Part shown: one piece after another, positions 49,701 through 61,170 of the stretch
Layout: each line of letters opens with the position of its first letter
Position numbering within the stretch: position 1 is the first letter of the stretch
NCBI RefSeq assembly: GCF_016433145.1
Contig: NC_058131.1
Span: 485,468,888 to 485,532,887, forward strand
DNA length: 64,000 nucleotides
Direction of reading: 5' to 3'
Source: Gracilinanus agilis
Taxonomy: Eukaryota
Made by a program: the position numbers and the translations under genes
Notes under the pieces: model-generated
Told to the model about the DNA's origin: nothing
The model's database searches: none
The model's input: the letters and a program-made list of their open reading frames with translations, nothing else

Positions 49701-51584
49701 AGGAAATTAATTCAGCCACCTCAGAAAAAAAAGCAAATCATGAAATACTGGCATTTTTACCTGTGCCCTATTGATATTTATTTGACTCAAGATCAGGTTT
49801 TCTTTTTAAACTCAGACATCCTTAAAGTAAGTTGATCTATTTTGCTTACTCAAATACATCAAATTTCCCATCAAGCTCAGTTACACTCCCTGTTTTTCTA
49901 CCTGGAAGCATCACCATTACCTTCTTTTTTTTCTTGCTTCTGCACATTCTTTGCCCAGGCCTCTGCCTCCTGCCTCCATTGGAATTAAGTTTCTTATCTC
50001 CCAGGTGTTTGGAAATGAAGATTCTCTAGACTAGCTAGAGCCCCACATTCCTGAGACTTATTAGTTTTGTCCTAAGTTTAGACTCTCCACAGCTGGCAAA
50101 AGGTGTGTCATGGCAAAGAGCTTGTCCATAGGTACTTCCTGGGCTGGCATACAGAGATAACAACCTGCGCATATTTGCGTGAATCATCGAGGTAAAGGGC
50201 AGCACTCACCGTTTGAATTGGAGACTCCTTTGCCCATCGTGGGCTAGATTTTGCATCCTGTACACTGTAGCCATGAGTTGGCTGATGTATCCTCAAGAGC
50301 AAATATTTATCTGGATTTGGAAATTCTATGTTTTCTAGAACACTCACATTCAATTGGTCTCCCCCTCCATCCACCCCCCCAACACACACATGCACACATG
50401 TACACATGCACGCTTTTCCCTGGAGTATCTCTGAGCAGGAGCCTTACCTCTTATAGTGTGTACCTGCTCAGGTTTCCTGCAGCAAGCTTCTGACACTATC
50501 CTATCTCTTTGCCTCTGTGGACATAGGGGATGACTCCAGACTGTTTCCAAGGTCTTGCCCAGGGTAGGATAGAAACAGCTGTCATGGAGACCTGGAGAAA
50601 ATTGTTTTTGTACATTCTTCATATTGCCAAATAATTCTTCTGATTAAAGAGCTCCTGGCTCTGCTGCAGTGCTGCCTGCACTGCACAGAGAAAATTTGAT
50701 AATACTAATTAATAAACAGTCACTTATTAATAACAGTGGAAACATCATCAGGCAGATGACAGAAAGCCAAATAAAACTCCAACCGACCAGAGACAGTAGC
50801 AGCAGGGCTTACACAGGATGGAGGTGTTTGCTTGCCAATGCCAGTGGAATGGAGAAGGGAAGCGAGTGAGGCCAAACTGTCTCTTTCCAGCATACTTTCT
50901 TGGGGTATCAGGCAAACTACTTAAGCTCACTCTTTATTTTTAGGCTTATGTTGGCAGGAAACACATATCCTTACTCTTTACCTTGCATAAGGGAAAACAA
51001 AACCCTGGAGTAGCTCATCATTTACATGTAGGGACATTCTTATTCTCACTCGATGGTGGATAGAACCATTCCTTGTCCCAAACCCAAAGCATCAATCTGG
51101 CAGAATAAAAATGGGAAGCAGAATCTGGCTAGTTTTCCAGCTGAGTCAAATGAAATGATGCAGACACACAGCAACAGGGAACAGAGTTAGGTTAATAAGT
51201 GTGCATTTTAAACAAGCATGAGTACATCCTGCCTTCCACAGGAGCATCTCAGAGGACTTAGAAGCATTAATGGGTTGCAAGTGTGATGGTCCCTAGTTTG
51301 CTAATGAAGAAAATAGAGGCTCACAGAGAGGCTGCTGATTTAGCTAAGGTCATATGGAAGAGTTAGTGATAGAACTGAGAACTAGAAAAAAAATTAGGGC
51401 CCTTGAGTCCTTTTTCCCTCTAGAGCTTTCTCTTTCATAACCAGGTGTTACTGGTCACGTGGTTGTGATTATTTGGGCAAATGCCTGATGACTATTGTAA
51501 TAACAGTTCTATTATTTCTTTTAGAGATCCTTTGATCTCTTTGATACAATCTTTTCTGTTTCTTTTACCCACTACTCAGGTATG

Positions 51585-51700
51585 TCTGTCAGTCTGTCTC
51601 TCTCTCTCTCTTGCTCTCCTTTCCTTTGTCTTTCTTCCCCTTTCCTTTCTCTTTTCTTCCCTCTTTTATCTTTTCTCTCTTTCCCTGTCTTCTTCAACCT
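51585..51700. repeat. CT-rich low-complexity tract
   Basis: gtctgtctctctctctctc...ttcttttcttccctcttttatcttttctctctttcc. Confidence 0.75.
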
Positions 51701-51999
51701 TTCCACTCTTGCTTGATATTTTATTACTAACATTGACCTTTCCCCCCAATCCCTCAGGTGCTACAGAACACTTGCTGGTTAACATTGTTCATACCCTTTG
51801 AACCATACAGCCTATAAACAGATAAGATGCATAGACTCTGGAAAAGGATGGGCAATGATAGGAAAGAGATGCCAAGCAAGACACATGTTACACACACAAG
51901 TTATATATAATATATAGGTAAGGTGGGTATGGGTCTTAGAGGAAAGCAAGGTCTGTCTATGTATTGCTAATGCAACTGAGGCCTTATTTTTAAAAAATC

Positions 52000-52210
52000 A
52001 TCTTTAAAAATCTATCTTAGATTGTCATCTGCCTAAGAATTAATACTGTACATTGGTTCCAAGGCAGAAGAGCATTAAATGCTAGGCATTGGGGGTTAAG
52101 TAGCTTGCCCCAGGCTCCCAGAGCTAGGAAGTGTATGAGGACAGATTTGAACCTAGAATCTCCTATCTCCAGGCCTGGCTCTCTAGTCACTGGGCAATCT
52201 AGCCTCCCCC
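52000..52210 (-). mobile_element. SINE1_Mdo-type SINE
   Basis: cattggttccaaggcagaagag...gctaggcattgggggttaag...gatttgaacctagaatctcc. Confidence 0.8.
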
Positions 52211-52984
52211 TGAGGTCTTATTTTATAAAAGGAACAAATGTTGAGGACAGGACTTGTTTCGGTTTGTTTCCCTCTTTGTATTCCCAGCTCCTAGTACATA
52301 GTAAGTAAATAATAAGTGGTTATGAATTGATTAATTGATAAGTGATTTAATGGGAGTAGGGGGGTCAGTTTCATCTAGTGAGTTACGTGAATTGTATTAA
52401 GTCTTGTGAGGAATACTGAGATATAGAAACAGATTCTTTCCCTTTAAGCCTAGTTAGAAAGATACACATGCATCTATATGCTCCCCAAATTAATGATGTA
52501 ATGTAAATAATAAAGGGAAGCTTAATTTAGTGAAACGATCACTGCCTGGACATGGAATCAGAAGACCTAGTTCAATCCTAGCTATGCTATCTACTAGCTC
52601 TGTGGTAGGTGGCTAAGTTCACCTCTAAATCTCAGTTTTTACATCCTTAAAATTGAGGTAAGAATTTGCACTATTTACCCTACTTGCTGTCTTTTGGTGG
52701 AGTAAATGGGGAAAAAAAAGAATGGAAAATGCTTAAAATTATCAGCTTTTATTATTACTGCTCTTCCTTCTAATCATGGAGAGAGATGGTGTATGGATAG
52801 AAGAAAATCAAGGGACAGGAAATAGTTATGGTATAGTGACCGTGAGCCAAGGACCTGGGGCTGAATCACTTTTCTTCCTTTTAGTACCTGTGTAATTCTT
52901 TTGCAAGTTATTTAATCCCTTGAAGACACAAGTTTCTTCATTTATAAAATGATGTACATGATAGGGAGGAGATTGGACTAGGTA

Positions 52985-53175
52985 AGGACTTTTAATCCTT
53001 TTTGGGTGACGTGCACCCCTTTTGCAGTCTGGTAAAGCTTATGAACCTTTTTTAGAATATTATTTTAAAATAAAAAAATGGATGTACAATTATGAAGGAA
53101 GTTTATTACAGTGTATTTAAAAACAAATTTCAAAATATTAAAAAAAAATAAGCACGTAGATTCCTAGCCTAAAAA
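52985..53175. mobile_element. MER-like hAT-Charlie non-autonomous element
   Basis: aatcctttttgggtgac..gcaccccttttgcagtctggtaaagcttatgaacc..tagaat; family recalled, not searched. Confidence 0.55.
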
Positions 53176-53756
53176 TGCTACTATATGACAAAGTCATCTT
53201 ACCCATACATACACATTTAGCTCTAATTCCACATTCCTCATGATAGCTAATATGATCCTTATCCCTTTTATCATAATTTTATGATTGTGCCAACCCCAGA
53301 ACATGTCAAAGTGTCTTTCTACAGAAAGAAAGAAAAGGGGCAGAAATGCAAGAATAAATGGCAGGGGTTGTCTTCTGGTGGTAAAGTAAACAACAAGCAG
53401 AACTTCAGTTTTGTACATTTTGGGATTCCACTCTTCATATTTTATTAAGGTTTGAGTTAGGGAAAAGTTTTCACTAGAGTTCGGAATTTTAGTTTGCTGA
53501 ACAGGAGGTTTGGGAGTGGAGAGCATCTCTGATAGAATTCAGGGGCTGAGTTTGATTAGGAAGCATTTTGACTTGTGCTGCTGTCCAGGGTCCTGAACCG
53601 AGGCACACCCTATAGATGGCTGTCACTGAAAGGGTTGGGGCGTGGAGTGTGGAGTGAGAAGAGGGCTGGAATTTCATGCAAACAGAACCTTCCACCCTCC
53701 GTGTGAAATAAAACGCACATGGATCAAAAGCAAGTCTCCTGTGGCTCTTGGCTCAG

Positions 53757-53788
53757 TATAAATGAGGGCTTTTTCCCTTTTCCAGTTT
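53757..53788 (+). promoter_or_regulatory. candidate core promoter: TATA box + initiator
   Basis: TATAAAT at 53757-63; YYANWYY match ccagttt at 53782-88 with its A (53784) 27 bp from the TATA start; FOX-type gtaaacaa about 370 bp upstream. Confidence 0.4.
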
Positions 53789-54360
53789 TAGTCAGTAACC
53801 TTTCTCTCAGGGTAGAGGGAGAACGGGTCTCCAAAGCACCTGCTTCTTAGTCATATGTGGCTGGAGGATGTCCCCGATTACATCTTCTCAGCTGTTTGCA
53901 AAACAGCCAGGGGAGGAGGTGAAGCCCTGAACCACGCAACCAGGCTGTCTCTTTAAATGCTGGGGTCTGTGTGGAAGAGGGAGGGACTGGCTCTGGAGTG
54001 CGTGAAATTCCTGGGCTCCTCCGACAGTCTCAGGCAGAGAGCTCAGCCCTTCACATCTCTTCTTGCATGCAACTCACTGAGAGGGAGAGGCAAGCAAGAC
54101 CTCCCCTCTCCGCCGGCATCTCAAGCCACCAAGGACCTGCTTTCGCACCTCCAACACTCCCCCTCCCTTTTTTCCCACCACTCCCTCCCAGAAAGAGCAA
54201 AAGAGAGAGAGAAAGAGAAAGAGAGAGAGAGAGAAAGAGAGAGGGAGAGACACACTGATTGGAATCTTAACCTTCTCCAGGAAGAAATATACTCAGCTAA
54301 CTCAGTTGATTAAACATCAAACAGACAGACAGACCCCAAAGGCTCTTCTCAACTGGAAAG
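53784..54360 (+). other. candidate non-coding first exon of an unidentified gene
   Basis: GC/CpG-elevated, GA-repeat-containing leader ending at a strong donor AAG|GTAAGA (54360/61); no transposons; exact start uncertain (a second tttaaa at 53952). Confidence 0.45.
54190..54252. repeat. (GA)n-rich microsatellite
   Basis: gaaagagcaaaagagagagagaaagagaaagagagagagagagaaagagagagggagaga. Confidence 0.95.
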
Positions 54361-55804
54361 GTAAGACTTTGGAGGGAAAGGGTAAAGCACCAGAAGGACA
54401 AGAAACAACCCTGAGATTCTAAGTGTGTCTTGGGAAGAGGTTGTGCCTGAAATGGTAGAAGTTTTCAGTTGGGAGCTGCCAACCTAGATTTTAAAAATAT
54501 TTTTGGATCCTGGATCACTGAGCTTGGGCAGATCGTGGAGATGGCTTCACATTGCCACTCTTTCCCTCAGTTCCTGCTGGAAGTTGAATCTTCTCCTAAC
54601 AACAGCTGAGAAAATCAGAAAAAATTTTTTCAGGGTTTTTTTTTTTTTTCCTGCTCCTACTCTCCTCTCCACATTTCCCCCCATTCTACTTAGATTCTGA
54701 GTTTTCAGGGGAAAGACAACTATCACTTCATTTGGGGCTGGGACTTTTTTTGCTGTTCTGTATCTACTTTAAACATTTCCTCCCTTCTTCTGGGAAAGGA
54801 TCTGATTAGAATGAAGTGAGAAGGGTTAGGAATCGGCAAGGAGTTTAGCCTAAATAATGATAGGCTCCTTGGGAGTTAAGATGTGTCTTTAGAGCTGGGG
54901 TGTGTTACTTGAGCATGGGATTTTAGGCTGGACTCCTTGCAGTCTTGCTTTGAAGGTGGACAGACTTGGGGAAGGTGAAAAGGGAGGGGTGTGGAGTCTG
55001 TGTGCGAGGGAGTGTGCATGAGCAAGCCTCTTTGGATCCGTTACAGGGGAAATCTTCTTTCTCTGCCTTCCATTTGTTTATATTAATGATTTAGTAGCAG
55101 GCTTGCCTGAAAACTTCCACTGTATGAGCGCTGTGGGTTTTTTGAGCTCTCAGTGACCTTAAAGGATGGTTCGATGCAATTGTTTTTTCAAGACTCATTG
55201 TGCTAGTCCAGAGTTTGGGTTTCTTCTTTCTCTCTCTCTCTCTAACATCAAAACTTAACTGCTTTAGAATCATTACTGAGATAATGATTAAAAAAAAAAT
55301 CTCCCCCCCTCCTCAGGACAGTGATGTAATACCTACCTACGGGTACTGACTGTGGTGCTTTGCAGGTGACTTCTCCTGTGATTACTTAAGAAACATTTTT
55401 TAAAAATTCTTTTCACCTCCAATACTCTCTCCTCTTGATTTTATCGAAATATTTTAAAAAAATAAATGGAGAAATGGAATTTCCGCTCTTCTTCATCGAA
55501 GAGTTAGAATAGGATATGATCTTTTCCCTTTCTTTTTCGTCATTGCCTTTTTATTTTTAATTACTATTTTTAAATGAAAAGGTCAGAGATCAGTAGAATT
55601 GAGAGAGCCCTAGGAAGAGGAAGGCATCACTTCACCACAAGAAAGAGAAGTGTTTGGAACCAAACACCTTCCTTCTCTATTTCTTCCCTATGTTATACTC
55701 AGTTTGGGGAAAATAGTATTTCTTTTGCAATCAGAAACATTTTAATCTTCTTAATTCTTTCCCTTCCCAGAGTCATCCCTTCTCATCAGTGGGTAACCCT
55801 GCTC

Positions 55805-55832
55805 AGGAGAGAGAGACAGAAAAAGAGAGAGA

Positions 55833-55887
<55 letters not shown>

Positions 55888-55898
55888 AGAGAGAGAGA
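55805..55898. repeat. long (GA)n microsatellite running into an assembly gap
   Basis: About 90 bp GA tract. Confidence 0.95.
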
Positions 55899-55992
55899 NN
55901 NNNNNNNNNNNNNNNNNNNNNNNNNNNNNNNNNNNNNNNNNNNNNNNNNNNNNNNNNNNNNNNNNNNNNNNNNNNNNNNNNNNNNNNNNNNN
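55899..55992. other. assembly gap
   Basis: Run of N. Confidence 1.
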
Positions 55993-57289
55993 AGGGAAAA
56001 AGGGGGAGGGGTTAATTTAGTGAGGGGGGTTGGGTCTGCCTGTAATTAGCCCCACTGCTGCAAAACTGAGATACAGAAATCCATCTGCACCAGTATGGGG
56101 GGGGAGGAGAGGCAGGGGAGAGATGGAGGATGGATTGTCAATCTTGGATGAACAGTGAAGCGGTGTTGGCATTTGGATATTGTATATATGTTCATGCCCT
56201 GGTGTGTACACATTTTTTTTCATCCCACCACCAATCCCCCCCCCCCCCAACTCTTCTCCATGTTTCCTTTCCATCTCTATACACCCCTTCCACCCCCAAT
56301 CCCCCCAACCCCTCCAGGCTTCTTGTCTCTCGATGAGCGAATTCTGTTTCGTCCTGATGGCTCTGCGGTTCTTTTTTTCATTTTTTTTTCACAACACAAC
56401 AGTGGTACGATGGCCTTTGCTACATGCCACACGGGTGCAGCCTCCTGATAGGAGGGTAAAGTCACCACACATGTATGTTCACACACACACATGCAGAACC
56501 AATGGAGAGCTTCATTTATTTTGTTTCCTTCTACCTTTTTGTCTCCCCACCATTACCTTGACTGTGTTTCTTTTCCCTCCATTAACAAATGGGAGATGCA
56601 GCAAATATCATAGGCACGTCCGCTCCACCAACCTCCTTCTCCTACTCGCCATTATCCTTCCTGAATGCTGGCTGTGTCGCACTTCATGGGATTAGTGTAT
56701 TTGAGGGTATTTGGAGAGAGGTGGTAGGGGGCTTCAGTGAGAAGGGAATGAGAATGGGGGAGGCAGATGATATTAATGACTTTTTTTTGGACCAAATGAG
56801 TGCCTGATGATAATGATCCAATTTAACCATCCGTGAAATCTATGTTTTCGACACATTGGAGGGAAGGTTACACCAGGGGAGCACAGGCAAGGCTGGGTTA
56901 CCTCTGGGGAGCGTTATGCTTGCACACTGGAGAGACTTTCATGCATGCGGGCATGGACACACACATATGATGGCACAAAACTCTAATCGGTGGGTTTTCG
57001 TGTGCTAGAGGGCATTGCAGAATAGACCAGAGAGAATATGTGGTTGGTTGGGAGCATGAAGTCTTTGTCATAGCCATGCTACATGAAAATCAGTATGTAT
57101 AGCCTTTAAAAATTCTGTATTTTATTTTGTATATGTATATCTTGCATCTTGCTTGGTATCTGGGGTTATGTTAACATATTTTTGTGTTTATTTCATCAAA
57201 GTCTTTATGTGCCGACATTTGTATAGAATGGGGTTCTCAACATTTTATATGCTGTTCCAACCTGGAGGCTGCATGTCTTTTGTATGGGG

Positions 57290-57318
57290 GGAGTGTGTGT
57301 GTATGTGTGTGTGTGTGA
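57290..57318. repeat. (GT)n microsatellite
   Basis: gagtgtgtgtgtatgtgtgtgtgtgtgag. Confidence 0.85.
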
Positions 57319-59077
57319 GCATGAGCTTTGGGCATGTGTACGTGAGTGATGATTCTGGAAAGAGTTGGTTGTTTGCACCATGAAAAGGAACCTACCTTAC
57401 TTCAATAGGATATATGGTGGGGGTGGGGGTCAGAAGGCAAAAGAAGAGGAGAGAGTGAGAGGGAGCAAATGAGTGCTTTTTCAGGCAGATGCAGAGGAAG
57501 AAAAACCCCTCAACAGTCTCCGGTGGGAAGTCTAGTGTGTGATTCCCACGTCCACCAAGTGAGTCTGTGGGTGGATGTGATCATGGATGACTGGTGGGCG
57601 GACACAGACTTAAGCGGGTGGAGGGGATGAGGTGGGCGAAATAGAGGGTTTTCCCAGCTACCTAGTTAGAGCCTTTAGCAGAGAGCAGAAGCCTCTGTGA
57701 CACACCGCTTCTATCTTTTCTCCGGGCATTGGTTCTGTTCTCTGGTATCATCATCACTCTCCTCTAAGGCTGCATTCTGGACCTCTTTGAATCGCCCTCT
57801 ATTATGAAAGGCATAGTCTCTCCAATCAGCCCATTCCCAATGCTCTCCTGGGCCACTATCAGTTTAATTACTGGACGCCATTTTTCCTTCTCTTTCAGGT
57901 GGACGTGTTTCTCCTTCCCTCCCCCCCCCCCAACCATGAATAAAGTGTATCTCCCTCCTCTTTTAAATGAAAAAAAAAAAAAAGAATATGGCTTGATTAA
58001 TGGCTCCAGGTTTTCTCCCCAATCTCCCTCCTCCCCCCCACCCATCACCTCTTCTTAGATCTGACCTTGAAGAGTCAGGGAGAAATACTCTTGTGCCATT
58101 ACTGGATTGCTAAGGACAAATCAGGGAGTAGGATGCTTGGAGAGAGAATTTGTTGTACTTCTAAGTCTCTTCTCGCTTTCTCCTCTTCCACCTTTGCTCT
58201 AGCTTGTTTCCAACTCCCTCCTGCTTGGTCTCTACTGGGTTGAGTATAGTGGGTGTCGCTGTTCTCTTTCTGTGATATTCAGGGAAATGAGAGTACTTTT
58301 ATCCCATCCCCATCTTTTTCTCTATCTAACCCTGGTCCTCAGTTTTTCAGAGGTATTGCAGTGGATGTGTAGCTGGTGGAAAGACTATCATTAAAAAAAA
58401 GAATACACTTACTTGTGTCTATCTGCATATACAACTGATTGCATAAGCTGTCCCCTACCCCCCACCCCACCCCACTATCCCACTAAATTAGACACACCTG
58501 CTCAATAAAGAGCTGTTGAGCTGGAGCTCTGACACTTGAGGGCCAGAGATGGCCATGATGCAGATGAAATTAATGCAGTGGTTTTCTATTAGAGCAACAG
58601 GCAACAATGGGGTTGGAGGGATCTGGAGCCACTTGTGAGGCTATGCAAGTCTGCTTTCATTCCCGCCATCTAAAAAACAGATACTCCCCTTCCTTTATCT
58701 TGTGGTATATTACTTTGGAAAGTGGGCCCTGTTGCTCATTGCCCTAGCATTATGAATAATGCTGGAGGTGTGGAAGGAAGTGAACTACTGATACCTGAGT
58801 TAACAGAGAAGTCCTTTCTCATTCCTTGCCCTAGAGAGACTTTATTCTTTCTTTCCCAGCTGCTTGGACCTTTCCATGTACCGTGTCATTCTCTTAACCT
58901 CTTTCAGGATATCTGCCTACTAACCATCTATACACATGAATGCAGAGACTCACTTGGTGGTTCCCATGGTCAATCATAATGTTTTTCCTTCAACCTCATG
59001 TAGCACATTGGTTTGCTGCTCTTTAATGCCCTTAGCTTATTACATGTCACATAGCATAACATAAGTTAGAAACAAAT

Positions 59078-59125
59078 ATGTGTATGTGTGTGTGTCTATA
59101 TGTATATGTGTAGATAGATAGATAG
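59078..59125. repeat. compound GT/AT/GATA microsatellite
   Basis: atgtgtatgtgtgtgtgtctatatgtatatgtgtagatagatagatag. Confidence 0.8.
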
Positions 59126-59939
59126 TGGTTTTTTGTCCTTCTTTTAAGCTGGAACCTCTATTAGTAAAGACTATATCTTATCCAAACTTTGGATTTCCTT
59201 AATTGCCTAACACAATGTTCTGCACACAATAGGTGCTTAAAGAATGGTTTTTATTTGGGCTGCCAGTACATGGGCATAGCATAGAATATCATAGAATTGG
59301 AGAATTGAGAAGAACCTCAGAGTTGAGATCTAGGCCAACTTCCAAAGTAAAACATTGATTCTACTTTTCTTTTTTTCTTTGAAGGAGATGTAATTTTGTG
59401 ACTATGTGTATTACTTTCATCAATGAAGATTATCATCTATGAGTTGACATGACTTGAAAAATATCTATCAATTAGGGACCCACCTTCTATGCTTATCTAA
59501 GTTGCTTTTCAGGTGACAATAACAGTCATTCTTCATGTTCTTTTGTAAGGTATTTCTAGCTTGCTAAGACCTATGGGAACTTCTGCTTTGCTGGAATGGC
59601 CTTTTTGAAAAACCAAAATCATCTCTATGTCATGATGAAGCATCAGAATATGGCTAAATGATTCTACCCACATCACACAATAAATTAAGGGCAGGGCTGT
59701 AGACCACATACCTATTTTTCTGAGTCTGAATTTGGCATTCATTTTACTACACTATGCTGTTTATTGTTATCGCTCGGTTACTTGAGGAATGGAGGCCATA
59801 ATGTCTATTTGATGCAACCAATATCCCATTTCTCTCCCTAGCTAAGATGATATTTTTAGGATGTGGCTTTATGCTAACTGCCTATGCAGGACTAGATTGA
59901 ATCAGGAAGGAAAACCTCTAGTTCAGTTAGGATGTGAAC

Positions 59940-61170
59940 TGGTTATCAAATGATCTCCAAAATTTGATAGCATTTTCTTAATCCTCATCCCTTTTTGACC
60001 TCTGTAGTATTTGATTTTGTGGATCACCCTTTCCTTCTACACACTTTCTTCTCTTTGGGTTCTTATGTCATTGCTCTGTCTTATCTACAGATTTCATCTC
60101 ATTTTCCTTTGTGAGATCCATGTTCCACCATCTATATGTGAATGTCCCTGTGGAGCTCTGTCCTGAGCAATCCTCTTTCTATACACTGTCTTGGCTTTTG
60201 CATCTGCTTTCATGAGTTAGACCACGACTTGTGTATGTGACTCTCAAACCCATGTTTCAAACCTCAGTCTTTCTCCTGAATTCTAGTTCCATATTGTCAA
60301 CTGCTGGTTAGAGTTATCAGGGAGCATATCTTGTAGGCATCTCAAACTCAACAGGTTCAAAACTGAGTCATTATTTCTCCCCACCCCAATCTTCCATCTT
60401 CCTCTCTACTTGGTTTCTTTTAAGGGTCTTACCATTCTTCTGATTACCTATGTTTACAAACTAGGAGTCATTCTCAAATTTCCCTCTCTTATACCCCAAT
60501 TAAGACTTGCTAAGTTTTCCTCCACAACATAGCCTGTATCATTCCATATTTTCTACTCACAGATCCAATCTTCAGTTCAGGCTTTTATTACCTCTTACTG
60601 AACATGGGGTGTATAGACTATTCAGAGAGGACGAGCACCTCGGATGTGAAGGCTTACTTTTTCGGGGCTGTTCATCCACCTTTAGTGTCTACCTGTCACT
60701 CAACTCACCTGTGGCTACAAACTGTAGATAGCAGATGGGCTAAAAAAGGTGGAGGTTAATAGACCTTGAAATACCAAGGTCATTCATTGGATCCCAGGTC
60801 ATTTTGACTTTTGTCTTGCCACTGGACTTTGATGACTCTGGAAGAGAGAAGTGAGGTTGATGACTTTGTGCAACTCTACTTCACTTAAATCCAATTCATG
60901 CTTGAGTCAAGACATCACTCTTTGTAGTGATTGGACCTCTTTAAAAAATGGACAAGCAACAATCTGGACTATTGCAATAGCTCTCTAATTGTTCTTACAG
61001 TATTAGTCTTTTCTCACTTTAATCCATCATCCACATAGCTTCTGTATTGATATTCTTGAAGTACAATTTGGACCATGCTTCTTCCATGCTAGAGAACCTC
61101 TTCTGGCTCTCTATTGTCTCTTAAGATAAAATATAAATTCTCCTAGTTGATTTCTAAATCCTGTCAAATC
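59940..61170 (+). mobile_element. L2 fragment interrupted by an RTE-related SINE
   Basis: tcatcc..tttgacctctct...gcatctcaaactcaacaggttcaaaactga...aactaggagtcatt; resumes at about 60965 with ggactattgcaatagc. Confidence 0.75.
60595..60965 (+). mobile_element. marsupial RTE-related SINE (WALLSI/RTESINE-like)
   Basis: gagaggacgagcacctc...gggctgttcatccacctttagtgtc...ttttgtcttgccactggactttgatgactctggaagagag...ggacaagcaacaa tail. Confidence 0.75.

Noticed and set aside
50659-50690. Iron-responsive element (contains CAGTGC and a bulged C)
   Set aside because: CAGTGC lies in the stem; the 5-bp upper stem needed for a CAGUGN loop does not pair.
56180-56695. 171-aa plus-strand ORF and overlapping ORFs
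   Set aside because: Built from C-runs and T-runs (PPPIPPPP, FFFSFFF); no homology recognised.
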